64,000 nt of DNA. Origin: an uncultured candidate division Zixibacteria bacterium (GTDB lineage: Bacteria > Zixibacteria > MSB-5A5 > UBA10806). Both the position numbers and the translations under genes were made by a program. Shown piece by piece: positions 38,955 to 56,320 of this stretch (position 1 is its first letter; each line of letters opens with the position of its first letter). The notes below the pieces were generated by a model that was not told the origin of the DNA, made no database searches, and saw only the letters and a list, made by a program, of their open reading frames with translations. The stretch lies in contig CAWFQL010000012.1 of NCBI GenBank assembly GCA_963817915.1, positions 192,001 through 256,000 on the forward strand. The letters are read 5' to 3'.

Positions 38955-40330
38955 ATGAAGGATTTGCTGGAATGTGTCTCAAAGACGATTGATTATAATG
39001 ATCTGATTCAGGAAGATGATTCGATTCTTGTGGCATTATCAGGCGGGCCGGATTCTGTCGCGCTTCTATGTCTGCTTAATAATATCAGAGATAAATATCA
39101 TTTTGAATTGGCGGCGGCGCATCTGGATCATGGTATCAGAAAGAGCTCTCATAAAGACAGGATTTTTTGCCAGGTATCTATGCAAGAAATTAAAAATCAA
39201 ATTTTACTCGAAAAAGATCAATGTGCCGGGGCTCGCCAAAAAATCGGGGTTATCGGATGAAATGGCCGGCCGCAATGCCAGATATGAATATTTCGAAGAG
39301 TTATCGAAGATTCACAAATTCACAAAAATCGCTACAGGTCATACATTCGATGATAATATCGAGACAATCCTTTTGAATATAGTCCGCGGGACGGGCTTGG
39401 CGGGATTGACAGGGATACCGAGTAAGGCGAGGCATTATTATCAGGCCGTTATTGGAAATTGCCAAAGAAGACTTGCTGAAATGGCTTAAGGATAATGGGA
39501 TTTCATTTGTAGTCGATGCCACAAATCTTTCGATGGATTATTCCCGAAATCGAATCAGGCATAAGGTGATCCCTGAACTAGAGAAGATTAATCCCAAGGT
39601 GCGTGAAAGCCTTACTCGGCTTTCAAAGAATGTCATGGAAGATGTCGAAATAATAGGGCAGATGGTTTCAACGGCCTACAAAAGTGCAGTTTTGAAAACC
39701 TATAAGAGCAAAATAGTCCTTGATTTAGGGAAATTGAAGACATATCATAAAAGTTTAGTAAAAAAGGTGGTGGGAGAAGCATTTAGACGACTAAATAACA
39801 CTCACGGCGGACCATCATCTAACGCGTATTCGCGTATTTTTAGATTAATAAAGAGCCGTAGCGGCGCCAAATTTTATTTGGGTGGTGGAACCTGGATCGA
39901 AAAATCTCAGAACAAGTTGTCGATTTTCCAGCCCTCGAGTATCAATACTCGGTTGAAACTAAAGATTCCCGGCAAAACAGTTATTCCAGAGTATGAGTTG
40001 TGCATGGATACTTCAATTATCGAAAGAGAAAAAATTAAAAGGCTCTGGACAACATCAGACATAGCATTGCTGGATAACGACAGGCTGAAGAATATTTCAA
40101 TGAGATATTGGGCAAACGGCGATAAAATTAAACCATTAGGGATGACAGGACACAAATTGCTATCAGACATCTTTATTGATAAAAAAATCCCCGAATTCGA
40201 TCGGGGAAATATTCCTTTGATAATTTCCGGATCTAAAATAGCCTGGATCGCGGGGCTGATGATATCGGATGATTTTAAGGTAACATCGAAAACAAAAAAT
40301 ATTATGAAGATTAAATTATGCGTCCAATAA
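38955..40330 (+). CDS. tilS: tRNA(Ile)-lysidine synthetase (two apparent +1 frameshifts, near 39170 and 39426)
   Basis: VALSGGPDS and HLDHGIR; RNARY and TGHTFDDNIET; DATN...RNRIRH, spread over three frames. Confidence 0.9.
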
Positions 40331-40821
40331 TAACCAAGAAAAAAATAGAGAACAGAATTAAGATTCTGGGCAGGCAGATAGCTTCCGATTACAAAAAGAA
40401 GCAGCCGATCTTTATTGGCATTTTAAAAGGCAGTTTTGTTTTTATGGCCGATCTGGTTCGGGCGGCTGATATCGATTGCGAAATTGATTTCATGAGTGTG
40501 GCGTCCTATGGCGGGGCCAAAAAAGGCTCCGGTGTGGTACGTTTGCTCAAGGATATTAATGTCAATGTCCGCGGTCGTCATGTGCTTATAGTCGAAGATA
40601 TTATAGATACCGGCCTTACAGCAAATTACATCAAGCAATATCTTCAATTGAGGATGCCAAAAACCATAGAATTTGTGACGTTGCTTGATAAAAAAGAGGC
40701 ACGAAAGGCAGAGATAGACATAAAATATATTGGATTTGAGATTCCTGATGTCTTCGTTGTGGGATATGGTTTGGATTACGGCGAAAGATTCAGGCAGTTA
40801 CCATACATTGCTAAAGATTGA
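40318..40821 (+). CDS. hpt: Hypoxanthine phosphoribosyltransferase
   Basis: GILKGSFVFMADL, VEDIIDTGLT, FVVGYGLDY. Confidence 0.96.
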   Translation: MRPIITKKKIENRIKILGRQIASDYKKKQPIFIGILKGSFVFMADLVRAADIDCEIDFMSVASYGGAKKGSGVVRLLKDINVNVRGRHVLIVEDIIDTGLTANYIKQYLQLRMPKTIEFVTLLDKKEARKAEIDIKYIGFEIPDVFVVGYGLDYGERFRQLPYIAKD

Positions 40822-40828
40822 GGCTTAA

Positions 40829-42823
40829 ATGAACGATTTTTTCGACAATAACAATTCGGATAATAATCTGAGACGGGGACCCGGCGGACCGGAGCAAGGA
40901 CCCCCGAGAGGAAAGCCGCCGGAGGCTGGACCGGAATTCAACTGGCAGAAAACCCTTAAGACAGTAGCGTTCTGGGCGATTATTATTCTATTGTCGTTTT
41001 GGGTTTTCAATATCTATTTCGGGGCCAAGGCCGATACAGTTGAAATTACATATTCGGAATTGATGACTCAAATAAAAAATGGCAATGTCGTCAAGGCGAC
41101 ATTCGAGGAAAGAAAAGTCCGTGGCGATTTCAAGTCGGAGTATTCCAAGACGGTGGGACGCCAGGAAGTCAGCGCCAAGAAATTCGAAAGCATGATACCA
41201 TTTACGGGCGATTCCGACCTGCTTAAGCTAATGGAAGAAAATGGCGTCTTGATTGAAGCCAAAACAGGCTCCAACTGGACAAGCCTGCTCACTTATTCAT
41301 TGCCCTGGATATTCTTGATTCTATTCTGGTTTTTTATGCTGAGGCAAATGCAGTCCGGTCCGAAAGGCATATTCTCATTCGGGAAATCGAAGGCGCGCCT
41401 TATGACCGGATCCAAACCGAAAGTGACATTCGCTGATGTCGCGGGGTGCGATGAAGCCAAGCAGGAATTGCAGGAGATTATCGAATTTTTGAAAGACGCG
41501 GGCAAATTTCAGAAGCTTGGTGGCAAAATCCCCAAGGGCGCCTTACTGCTCGGAGCTCCGGGCACAGGCAAGACGCTTCTTGCGAAAGCAGTTGCGGGCG
41601 AAGCCGGTGTACCGTTTTTCTCGATGTCGGGCAGCGATTTTGTAGAGATGTTCGTGGGAGTAGGAGCATCGAGGGTACGCGACCTTTTCGAGCAAGGGAA
41701 GCATAATGCGCCATGCATAATCTTTATCGATGAAATTGACGCTGTAGGCCGTCATCGCGGTGCCGGGCTTGGCGGCGGCCATGACGAACGCGAACAAACG
41801 TTGAATCAGCTTTTAGTTGAGATGGATGGTTTTGAATCGAATGAAGGCGTGATCCTTATCGCGGCAACTAACCGTCCGGATGTTCTCGATCCGGCGTTGT
41901 TAAGGCCGGGAAGATTCGACCGTCAGATAGTAGTCGATCAGCCCGATGTCAAAGGACGCGAAGGCATATTGAAAGTCCACGTAAAGAAGATCAAGCTTGG
42001 TGAAGATGTTGATTTGAAGATTTTGGCACGCGGCACTCCAGGCATGTCCGGTGCGGACCTGGCGAATTTGGTCAACGAAGCCGCGCTTTTGGCTGCTCGC
42101 AGAAATCATACAGTCGTGATGATGGTAGATTTCGAGGAAGCAAAGGATAAGGTCATGATGGGCACCGAAAGAAGGTCGCTGGTCATATCACCGGAAGAAA
42201 AGAAGATTACTGCCTTTCATGAGGCCGGCCATACACTTGTTGCCAAGCTGATACCAGATTCCGATCCAGTGCATAAGGTGACTATCATACCGCGCGGGCT
42301 GGCGTTGGGACTGACTCATTACTTGCCGATTGATGAACGACATACTTGGTCTAAAGAATATCTCGAAATTAGATTAGTCCATATGATGGGCGGCAGAGTG
42401 GCCGAGAAATTGAAATTCAATCAATATACTACTGGCGCCGGCAATGATCTCGAACGGGCTACGATATTGGCTCGGAAGATGGTCTGTGACTGGGGCATGT
42501 CCGAAAGGATAGGCCCGCTGGCATTCGGGAAAAAAGATGACGAAATTTTTATAGGTCGCGATTTTGCCAAGAAAAGGGATTATTCCGAAGCGACCGCGGT
42601 AGAGATCGATACTGAGATTCGTCGAATCCTGGTGGAGGCCGAGGCCAATGCTACAAAATTACTTACTGAAAATATCGGTAAGCTGGAGCTTTTGGCTGAA
42701 GCGTTGCTTGAAAAGGAAATCCTCGACGGCAATGAAATTGATGAGATACTCAAGGGGTATGGAAAACTCCCGGAAGTAACACAATTAGAAAAGAACACCC
42801 CGAATCCCGGCGATGGGGAATAG
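40829..42823 (+). CDS. ftsH: ATP-dependent zinc metalloprotease FtsH
   Basis: 2 TMs, [29 protein letters not shown]. Confidence 0.98.
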   Translation: MNDFFDNNNSDNNLRRGPGGPEQGPPRGKPPEAGPEFNWQKTLKTVAFWAIIILLSFWVFNIYFGAKADTVEITYSELMTQIKNGNVVKATFEERKVRGDFKSEYSKTVGRQEVSAKKFESMIPFTGDSDLLKLMEENGVLIEAKTGSNWTSLLTYSLPWIFLILFWFFMLRQMQSGPKGIFSFGKSKARLMTGSKPKVTFADVAGCDEAKQELQEIIEFLKDAGKFQKLGGKIPKGALLLGAPGTGKTLLAKAVAGEAGVPFFSMSGSDFVEMFVGVGASRVRDLFEQGKHNAPCIIFIDEIDAVGRHRGAGLGGGHDEREQTLNQLLVEMDGFESNEGVILIAATNRPDVLDPALLRPGRFDRQIVVDQPDVKGREGILKVHVKKIKLGEDVDLKILARGTPGMSGADLANLVNEAALLAARRNHTVVMMVDFEEAKDKVMMGTERRSLVISPEEKKITAFHEAGHTLVAKLIPDSDPVHKVTIIPRGLALGLTHYLPIDERHTWSKEYLEIRLVHMMGGRVAEKLKFNQYTTGAGNDLERATILARKMVCDWGMSERIGPLAFGKKDDEIFIGRDFAKKRDYSEATAVEIDTEIRRILVEAEANATKLLTENIGKLELLAEALLEKEILDGNEIDEILKGYGKLPEVTQLEKNTPNPGDGE

Positions 42824-43381
42824 ATGGATAAAGACAAAATCAAAAAGGGAGTTGATTTAATATTGGAGGGTCTTGGTGTCGATGGCCACTCAGAGGGGCT
42901 AAAGGATACGTCTACCAGGGTAGCAAATTTTTATGCGGAATTTTTCGCCGGGCTAACTGAAAATCCGAGAGAATCTCTAAAGCTTTATCATGCGGATAAC
43001 CGCGATGAGCTTATAATAGCCAAGGACATTTCATTTTTCTCGATGTGCGAGCATCATTTGCTGCCGTTTTTTGGATGGGTACATCTGGCGTATATACCGG
43101 AGAATAACACTATTGCCGGATTTTCCAGGCTGGTGCGGATGGTGGAATTGATATCGCGCCGTCCTCAGATTCAGGAGAGAATGACTACTGAAATTGCGGA
43201 TACGATAGTCGAAGTACTGCATCCAAAGGGCGTTTTGGTTATTGTCGAGGCCGAACAGCTTTGCTTGACGATGAGGGGCCTGCGTCAGCCGGATATCAAG
43301 ACTATCAGCTCCGCGGTTCGTGGAGCGTTGAAGAACGAAGCCACGCGGCAGGAAGCTCTGTCGCTCATTAAATCAACTTAA
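42824..43381 (+). CDS. folE: GTP cyclohydrolase I
   Basis: SMCEHHLLPFFG, RPQIQERMT, CLTMRG. Confidence 0.95.
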   Translation: MDKDKIKKGVDLILEGLGVDGHSEGLKDTSTRVANFYAEFFAGLTENPRESLKLYHADNRDELIIAKDISFFSMCEHHLLPFFGWVHLAYIPENNTIAGFSRLVRMVELISRRPQIQERMTTEIADTIVEVLHPKGVLVIVEAEQLCLTMRGLRQPDIKTISSAVRGALKNEATRQEALSLIKST

Positions 43382-43396
43382 GATTTTATCGGAGGG

Positions 43397-44226
43397 ATGA
43401 TGTCTGCGTCGATAAAGGGGTTGGGGGAAAGACCTCTTATAATGGGGATTTTAAATATTACCCCTGATTCATTTTCCGATGGCGGCAGATATTTCGATCA
43501 TCATTCGGCTCTAAAACATGCGCTCCATATGGTTGAATCGGGCGCCGATATTATAGATATTGGCGGAGAATCATCTCGTCCCGGTTCCGAGGGTGTCTCC
43601 GTTGAGGAAGAAATAAAAAGAGTGCTGCCGGTAATAAAGGATTTGAAAAAGAAATCGCATATCCCAATCTCAATTGACACGACTAAATTCGAAGTTGCCG
43701 AAAAAGCAATCGACGCCGGCGCGACTATAATCAATGATATTTCGGGTCTGCAATCGGATGAGAAAATTGCCGAGCTAGCCGCCAAAGCGAAAAGTTATCT
43801 GATATTGATGCATATGCGCGGCAAGCCCAACGATATGCAAAATAATGTTGAATACAATGACTTGATCGGGGAAATATCCAGATTCTTCAAAACCGCGACC
43901 GAGAAAGCAATCGGCCTGGGCGTGTCTAAAGACAAGATAATAATCGATCCTGGCATCGGATTCGGAAAATCGGTTGAAGGCAATTATCAATTAATAAAAA
44001 ATTTGAATCGCTTCTTTGATTTGGAATTTCCGATAATGGTTGGCGTATCGAGAAAGTCATTTATTGGAAAGACGCTTGATTTGGATGTCGATCAGAGGCT
44101 CGAAGGTTCGCTTGCCGCGGCGTGCTACGCTATCCTGAATGGAGCGGATATTGTGAGAGTACATGATGTCAAAGAGACCAAAAGGGCAGTGAGCATTATA
44201 GAGCAGATCGCCAGGGCGGAAATGGC

Positions 44227-44230
<4 letters not shown>
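43397..44230 (+). CDS. folP: Dihydropteroate synthase
   Basis: MGILNITPDSFSDGG, GGESSRPG, DPGIGFGK, SRKSFIG, RVHDV. Confidence 0.97.
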
Positions 44231-47061
<2,831 letters not shown>

Positions 47062-47062
<1 letters not shown>

Positions 47063-47328
47063 TGGTAGAACGAGTAATCACAATTATCAACAAACTTGGT
47101 CTCCATGCACGGCCGGCGGCGCAAATAGTGCAGAAAGCCTCAAAATATGAATCGGAAATCAAGCTCAAGCGCGAAAATCTCGAAGTCAACGCCAAGAGCA
47201 TTATGGGTGTAATGATGCTGGCGGCCGAAATGGGATCGCGGATCGTGATAATTGCGGAAGGTCCAGACGAGAAAGATGCTGTCGAAGGCATCGCCCAAGT
47301 CATTAATGCCAAATTTGGAGAGGAATAG
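47062..47328 (+). CDS. ptsH: PTS phosphocarrier HPr
   Basis: GLHARPAA (His15) and NAKSIMGV (Ser46). Confidence 0.96.
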
Positions 47329-47332
47329 GAAT

Positions 47333-49142
47333 TTGGCTGATAATAATGAAGAAATCTATCGAGGTGTTCCGGCATCGCCCGGTATTGTAATCGGGATAAC
47401 GCGTTCTCTTTCGCGCGCGATGGATTCTCTCACGCCAGGAGCCGATTGATGATCCCGTCAGTCCGAAATAGAAGCTTTTCGCTCCGCTATTAATAATATT
47501 AAAAAGAATTTAGAGAGTATTGTAGAAAAAGTAAATCAGCGGGTGGGCCCTGAATTCGCAAGAATATTCGAGGCCCAGGCGCTGATTGTTTCTGACGATG
47601 TGTGGAATCAAGACTATCGAGAAACGGATCGAAAAAGAGAAAATTTGCGCCGAATATATCTATCACGACGAATCCCAAAAAGTGATAAAACGACTGGAGG
47701 AATCGGAAGATTCATACCTTAAAGAGCGCATTCACGATATCCAGGCGGTGACAAGCAGATTGATCAGCCGCATGAAAGGCGATAAGCAGGTTTCGCTCAA
47801 GAACCTTAAAGGCGCGACCGTCGTCGCGGCACGTTATCTTTCGCCTGCGGATATTCTTGGGTTATCGGTCAGAAAGAATCTGGCCTTTTGCACATCAATT
47901 GGCGGGGCGACCTCGCATATGACATTAATAGCCAAATCACTTTCAATTCCGGCAGTATGCGGCCTGGGCGAAATCGCCGAGAAAATTCCATCGGATGTTC
48001 GAGTAGTCATTGATGGTTACGCAGGATTACTTATTGTCAATCCATCCCGGGCAACTATCAAGCATTATAGGTTACTCAAGCAATCCGAAACGCAGTTGAA
48101 AAGACAATTGGCGCAGTTAAAGGCCAAGCCTTCGATAACCAAAGACGGTTACGAAGTAGCAATCCTTTCCAATATCGAATTACCGAACGAAATACCCAAG
48201 GCTCTGGCCGCAGGCTCTCAGGGGGTCGGGCTATATAGAACTGAATATCTTTTTCTAACTCGGGCGGATTTTCCATCGATGGAAGAACAATATAAGACTT
48301 ATTCTTCCATCCTTCGAAAGATGGGGAAAAAGCCGGTAGTTATTCGCACATTCGATCTTGGAGGAGATAAATTTCCCGAGGTCGCCGGAAAAAAATTCGA
48401 GCTGAATCCGTTTCTTGGATGGCGTGCAATCAGGGTGTGCCTCGACCGTCCCGATATATTCAAGCCTCAGATTAAGGCATTATTAAAAGCATCGCGCTGG
48501 GGCAACCTCGCGATCATGATTCCTATGATCTCCAATTATGAAGAATTGATGGCGACAAAGGCTATTATCGAAGAATGCAAATCGGAACTTCGACGGGAAA
48601 AAACGCAAATTAAGGAAAATATTCCTATTGGCGTCATGATCGAAGTGCCATCGGCGGTGATGATTGCCGATCATCTGGCCAGAGAGTGTGATTTTTTCTC
48701 GATAGGCACCAACGACCTGATTCAATACTCATTGGCGGTGGATAGAAGTAATGAGTATTTGTCCAAGCTTTATCAGAGCTTCCATCCGGCGGTGCTTTCG
48801 CTAATTAAGATGTCAATCGATGCCGCTCATCGCCATAGAATCAAAATAAGTGTTTGCGGAGAACTGGCAGCCGATCCGCTGGCCTCGGTGTTACTTGTAG
48901 GACTGGGGATAGATGAACTCTCAGCGAGCTTTCATTCGACAGGCATATTAAAGAGGATTATTCGTTCGATCAAATTTTCGACTGCTCGGGAAATAGCGGG
49001 GAAAACATTAGGTATGAAAAGCGGCATTGAGGTCGAATCCTTCTTAAAAGAAGAGATAAGTCATCATTTCCCGGACCTAAAGCCGGTAATACAATTTTCG
49101 GGAAGGGGCTCCAATGGCGGAAATTCAACAGCTCAAAAATAA
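47333..49142 (+). CDS. ptsI: PTS enzyme I (N-terminal part disrupted by indels at about 47438-47456 and 47606)
   Basis: GVPASPGIVIG, IFEAQ, GGATSH (phospho-His), GVGLYRTE, RTFDLGGDK, FSIGTNDL, CGELA. Confidence 0.9.
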
Positions 49143-50172
49143 ATTAGACTCAAAAGATATGTATGGAATGATCCAGAGTATGCCGGATCATCTTATCGAT
49201 GGTATCGCCATTGGACAGTCTGCCGACCTGCATAATCTTGAGACAGAATCATTTCATAATATAGTGGTATCCGGCATGGGCGGATCGGCGATTGGCGGCG
49301 ATATCGTTCGATGTTATCTCTCGTCGGAATTGCAGATACCGTTTCAGGTGCAAAGACATTATGCGCTCCCAGGATGCGTGAATCTTAAGACTCTGGTAAT
49401 CTGCTCGTCATATTCCGGCAATACCGAGGAGACTATTTCAGCTTATGGCAATGCCCTTGATAGTGGCGCCAAGATAGTTGTCATCTCAACAGGTGGGAAG
49501 TTGGGAGAGATGGCGGTAAAAGACGGCGTGCCATTGGTAAAAATAAAGCCTGGTCTTCCTCCGCGGGCGGCCCTGGGGTATTCAGTAGCGCCATTATTGA
49601 TGTTGCTGTATCGGCTTGGATTAAGTGAATTTTCAGAAATAGAAATAATGAAGACAGCGCAATTTATGAAGGGAGAGGCCAAGCGATACTCTCCGGATAA
49701 CTCAAACAATGCGGCTCTAATACTTGCACAGGAGCTTCATAAATCCATTCCTCTGATTTATACATCTTTTGGACGATTCGATTCAGTGGGCTTGAGATTT
49801 AAGGGGCAGATTTCCGAGAACGCCAAAGCTCTGGCTTTCACAAATTCATTCCCCGAGGTAAATCACAATGAGCTGGTCGGCTGGGAAATACTGAATGATC
49901 TCGATAAAAAATACGCTGTGGTAATGTTTAAGGACCGACAGGATCACCCTCGAATTAAATTGGGCATGGAGATTGTAGAGGGCTATTTGCGCGATAAGGG
50001 AATAAGAGTAGGTGTTGTAGAAAGTAGGGGAGAATCTGTTCTTGAAAGAATGTTCAGCCTGATTCAATTCGGCGACTACGCGAGCTATTACCTGGCTCTC
50101 TTGAATAATGTCGATCCATTCCCCGTTACCCCGATAGATTATCTGAAAAATAAATTGGCTAACTTGAGTTGA
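49114..50172 (+). CDS. Bifunctional phosphoglucose/phosphomannose isomerase
   Basis: GMGGSAIGGD, SYSGNTEET, QISENAK, PEVNHNE. Confidence 0.92.
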   Translation: MAEIQQLKNKLDSKDMYGMIQSMPDHLIDGIAIGQSADLHNLETESFHNIVVSGMGGSAIGGDIVRCYLSSELQIPFQVQRHYALPGCVNLKTLVICSSYSGNTEETISAYGNALDSGAKIVVISTGGKLGEMAVKDGVPLVKIKPGLPPRAALGYSVAPLLMLLYRLGLSEFSEIEIMKTAQFMKGEAKRYSPDNSNNAALILAQELHKSIPLIYTSFGRFDSVGLRFKGQISENAKALAFTNSFPEVNHNELVGWEILNDLDKKYAVVMFKDRQDHPRIKLGMEIVEGYLRDKGIRVGVVESRGESVLERMFSLIQFGDYASYYLALLNNVDPFPVTPIDYLKNKLANLS

Positions 50173-50179
50173 GGAGTAT

Positions 50180-51151
50180 ATGAAAGCAATAATACCCGCG
50201 GCTGGAATCGGGTCTCGTTTGAGACCGCATACGCATACGGCGCCCAAAGCATTGCTGCATGTAGCGGGCAAACCGATTTTGGGACATATTCTCGACGAGC
50301 TCAGGGCATTCGGTATCAAGGAGGTCGTGATAGTCGTCGGGTTCATGGGCGAGAAAATAATCGAGTATGTAAAATCCAACTATAATATTAAGGCCAATTT
50401 TGTCGCGCAAGAGGAGCTAAAAGGACTCGGCTGGGCCATATATCTGACCAGAGAATTTTTCAATGATGAACCGCTGCTCATAATTTTGGGTGATACCATC
50501 TTCGAGACCGACCTCGAAAGTGTACTCTCAGGATCTTTCGATTCCATCGGCACCAAGATAGTTGAGGATCCAAGAAGATTCGGCATTGCTGAAACCGATG
50601 GCGAATTCGTGACTTCATTGGTGGAAAAGCCGGAGCATCCTACCTCGAATCAGGCGCTTGTGGGGATTTATCATATAAAATCCACTCCTCTATTTTCCAA
50701 ATGCCTGGAAGAACTCGTGGCAAAAAAGATTACAACGCGCGGCGAGTATCAATTGACCGACGCGCTGGGCTTAATGATAAAGCACGGATGCAAGATGACT
50801 ACTTTCAATGTCGAAGGGTGGTTTGATTGCGGAAAGCCGGAGGCATTGCTTGAGACTAACCGCTACCTGCTTTCACAGATAAAATCGGTGAATCATCGAG
50901 AAAATAATATTATCGTGCCGCCTGTTTTCATTTCCAAATCAGCAATCATAGAGCATTCGGTGATAGGCCCATATGTCTCGGTCGGTGACGATGCCAAGAT
51001 TACGCGATCAGTTATCAAGGATTCTATTATCTCGGAATCGGCCGAAGTCAGCGATTGCATATTGGATGGCTCTCTGGTCGGGAATAATTCGATCATCACA
51101 GGACATTATCAGAAAGTCAATTTAGGCGATTCATCGGAAATCGGCTTCTGA
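50180..51151 (+). CDS. Sugar-phosphate nucleotidyltransferase (long-form glucose-1-phosphate thymidylyltransferase-like)
   Basis: KAIIPAAGIGSRLRP, APK, VEKP, GEYQLTD, WFDCG; C-terminal hexapeptide repeats. Confidence 0.88.
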   Translation: MKAIIPAAGIGSRLRPHTHTAPKALLHVAGKPILGHILDELRAFGIKEVVIVVGFMGEKIIEYVKSNYNIKANFVAQEELKGLGWAIYLTREFFNDEPLLIILGDTIFETDLESVLSGSFDSIGTKIVEDPRRFGIAETDGEFVTSLVEKPEHPTSNQALVGIYHIKSTPLFSKCLEELVAKKITTRGEYQLTDALGLMIKHGCKMTTFNVEGWFDCGKPEALLETNRYLLSQIKSVNHRENNIIVPPVFISKSAIIEHSVIGPYVSVGDDAKITRSVIKDSIISESAEVSDCILDGSLVGNNSIITGHYQKVNLGDSSEIGF

Positions 51152-51299
51152 AAATCTAAATCTTCATTGAAATTTTCGATTCTTCCTATTCGCAAAGAAT
51201 GTATAGAAGATTTACTTGCCATTTATAGGCGTCATGTTTAAATTCACGGTCGTGTTTTGAGTAGGATAGTAATTTTTTAATAAATATCAGAGAGGTCAA

Positions 51300-53736
<2,437 letters not shown>

Positions 53737-53887
53737 GGCCGTTGGCGGTTTTTGTTCAATAAATGACGGCTGTTTTCTTTTTGAAACATTTTTGTGTTTT
53801 ATTATAAAACAACTTTAATATTTCCGCCGGAGATGCCGAATAAATTGATAGTTGTCTGTTAGCTATACAATACAAGGAGGTTTATTC

Positions 53888-54091
53888 ATGCCTACTGGCG
53901 TGGTCAAATGGTTTGACGAAAAAAAAGGGTTTGGTTTTATCAAACCACCAGATGGCAGCACCGACATCTTCGTGCATTACTCGGCCATCAAGGATGAGGG
54001 TTTCAAGACACTTGCGCAGGGACAAATGGTGGATTATAGTTGCACCATGGGCCCGAGAGGACCTCAGGCTACGGAGGTGGTGAAACTTTAG
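53888..54091 (+). CDS. Cold-shock domain protein
   Basis: [40 protein letters not shown]. Confidence 0.94.
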   Translation: MPTGVVKWFDEKKGFGFIKPPDGSTDIFVHYSAIKDEGFKTLAQGQMVDYSCTMGPRGPQATEVVKL

Positions 54092-54110
54092 TTCAGTTCA
54101 CATAGCAATG

Positions 54111-54141
54111 AAAAATCCCGGTTGTTGCCGGGATTTTTTTT
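54111..54141. terminator. Bidirectional Rho-independent terminator
   Basis: AAAAATCCCGG-TTGTTG-CCGGGATTTTTTTT between convergent genes. Confidence 0.85.
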
Positions 54142-54168
54142 GCGCAAAATTTATCTGGATTGTTCTTT

Positions 54169-55671
54169 TTATTTCAGCAAAAGCATTTTGGTGCTATTTG
54201 ATCTGCCGCCGCATTCGATCCAGGCGAAATACACGCCCGACGGAAAATTCGAGGCATTCCATTTGATCCTGTGCTCGCCGGCATTTTGATTACCATCAAT
54301 GAGCGTGATAATTTTCTGGCCGCATAGATTGTAAATATTCAATTTTACGGTTCCCGACGACACAGTTGAATAATTCAAAACCGTCTCAGCGTTGAATGGA
54401 TTAGGGTAAGATGAAATGGATGATATTTTATCTGGCACTTGGTTGTCATTTCCTATGCCGGTCGTACCCGTGACCATTATCTGCGATTCGCTATCCGGTA
54501 TTGAATATTCACCGCAACCAGTCCTGGCGAAGACAGTATAGTAAGCTATCTGATTTTGGGGAACGATGTCGCCCAGATACTGCTGGTCGGGTCCTTCGTA
54601 TACGATGTCACCATCGAAGGGGGTCATAGGAAATCCATCGTAGCTTTTTCGCAAAATTGCCGTATTGAATACCGAAAGCCAAATGGGATTTGTCCAAAAA
54701 ATATTCGCCACATTGTCAATAACTTCGGCTCTAATTCCTATCACCTTCAGGCCGGGAGATTCAGCGCGATTATATGCTCCCCTCGATGGGAAACCATCAT
54801 TGTAGGCCCTTGCCAGAGTCTGATCATTAAATCCCCACCAAAAACCATCACCTTCCCAGTCGGGTCTCCAATGAACTTGACCGTCAGGAGAAAGTCCGAA
54901 GCTTATATTTTCACCGTGATCCGATGACCATCCAACTTCATCAAGCAATACGCCAAAATTGTCTAGCAAGTAAATATTGTCTTCCGAGACGCCCGGCGAA
55001 AAATCCTGAGGATAGCGGGCCTGATCAAGGATATAAAATGAAAGACCTGCCATTACGGTCCCCTCGGCGATTATAAGTCGAGAATTGCAGATTATTTGGT
55101 ATCCGGAAATATCGACCGTGTTATCGGAGCTATTGTAGAGTTCGACATATCCGCAATTATCATTCCAGGTGCAGCGAGGACTGACCTCATTAATTGAAAT
55201 CGTCGTATCATTCCATGTCCATCCGGCTACGCTGAAATCCCGTTCCCCGGGATTAGGGTATGGCTGAAAGTTAAAATTGCCGTGACCTTCATAGAAATCT
55301 ACCGCCGATTCATTGGGCAAAGGAGCGGCATCATATCCGTGAATCCCATATGATGGCCCATATACAAAGACATCGTTGCCGCATATCTCTATTTCATCGC
55401 CTGACGGATTCAGCGTAAAACCAGACGTATTATTCTGATCAAGAATCAGATAGACACCCGCCTCGAGTGTAACCCCAGAATTTACTCTCGCAGAATCGCT
55501 CGATGTCCGAATAATGCAATTTGAAAGATCAACATCAATGATAGAGTAAACTTCGACCCAAACAGGATTGGTGGAAAATTCGGTTATGAAAGTCGGCGGC
55601 AATGGATTTGGCGATGCGATATTAAATATACTAAAGCTCAATAGCGCCATTGAGATAATTATCTTTTTCAT
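54169..55671 (-). CDS. Secreted protein with lamin-tail-like domain(s) and a T9SS type A-like C-terminal domain
   Basis: Signal peptide; INEV...YVELYN...VDISGY; YPNPFNAET...IYNLCGQ...SGVYF...KMLLLK; GGAGG SD. Confidence 0.82.
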   Translation of the reverse strand: MKKIIISMALLSFSIFNIASPNPLPPTFITEFSTNPVWVEVYSIIDVDLSNCIIRTSSDSARVNSGVTLEAGVYLILDQNNTSGFTLNPSGDEIEICGNDVFVYGPSYGIHGYDAAPLPNESAVDFYEGHGNFNFQPYPNPGERDFSVAGWTWNDTTISINEVSPRCTWNDNCGYVELYNSSDNTVDISGYQIICNSRLIIAEGTVMAGLSFYILDQARYPQDFSPGVSEDNIYLLDNFGVLLDEVGWSSDHGENISFGLSPDGQVHWRPDWEGDGFWWGFNDQTLARAYNDGFPSRGAYNRAESPGLKVIGIRAEVIDNVANIFWTNPIWLSVFNTAILRKSYDGFPMTPFDGDIVYEGPDQQYLGDIVPQNQIAYYTVFARTGCGEYSIPDSESQIMVTGTTGIGNDNQVPDKISSISSYPNPFNAETVLNYSTVSSGTVKLNIYNLCGQKIITLIDGNQNAGEHRIKWNASNFPSGVYFAWIECGGRSNSTKMLLLK

Positions 55672-55700
55672 ATTAAAACACCTCCAGTTACCAATATAGA

Positions 55701-56303
55701 TTACTTTTCTATTTTTCGCAACCAATAAATAGTCATATCCTGCCGCGGCATGAAATCCTTTTTTGTGCTCCAGTAAATGCTATTATTACCATTGGCGTTA
55801 CTGCTGTCTGCTTCAGGCCAGGTTTTGACATCACGATATTCAGCAGGTACTTTAAATTTATATGCCGCATCTTTCAATGGCTCACCCCAGGCGGCGGTAG
55901 ATGTCAGTACATATCTTGCGGATGTTGAATGGATTTTTTGAACATATTCGATATACCATTTCGATATTTGCTTTGGTATAAGAGGGATCGTCAAATGTAC
56001 CCTGTTTTGTTCTCGGATATGCTTGATTTTTACATCAATCGTATCTCCACTGTCCGAAATCGTGTAGGCTCTGACAAACGATGGATATTCGGAAAGGCTA
56101 TCTACATAAAATGGAAACAAAACCGGCATTGGGCCGCTGGTTGAAGTATTGTTTTTGAAATAATAAACGCCATCAATCCTGACCGAACTATCATTCACGC
56201 TCATGGTTATTTCTTCCTGATAAAACTCAATCGGACCTTTGGCATGAATTGTTGCCGCGAAAAGCAAGCCGCAAAATACTGATATGAAATTGACATGCTT
56301 CAT
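55701..56303 (-). CDS. Secreted hypothetical protein (possibly DUF4424-like)
   Basis: Signal peptide (IHA-K); YYFKN and YVLTSTAAWGEP. Confidence 0.6.
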   Translation of the reverse strand: MKHVNFISVFCGLLFAATIHAKGPIEFYQEEITMSVNDSSVRIDGVYYFKNNTSTSGPMPVLFPFYVDSLSEYPSFVRAYTISDSGDTIDVKIKHIREQNRVHLTIPLIPKQISKWYIEYVQKIHSTSARYVLTSTAAWGEPLKDAAYKFKVPAEYRDVKTWPEADSSNANGNNSIYWSTKKDFMPRQDMTIYWLRKIEK

Positions 56304-56320
56304 AATTTGAAATTGAATTT

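Noticed and set aside
47447..47452. Tandem in-frame TGA TGA in ptsI, suggesting stop-codon recoding or selenocysteine
   Set aside because: Deleting three run-extending bases gives a natural PEPIDDRQSEIEAF. Many genes here end in TGA as a normal stop, and a further frameshift follows near 47606.
51152..51299. SAM riboswitch upstream of metK (ATATCAGAGAGGT resembles the SAM-I 5' end)
   Set aside because: The match sits at the RBS, with no room or sequence for the rest of the aptamer.
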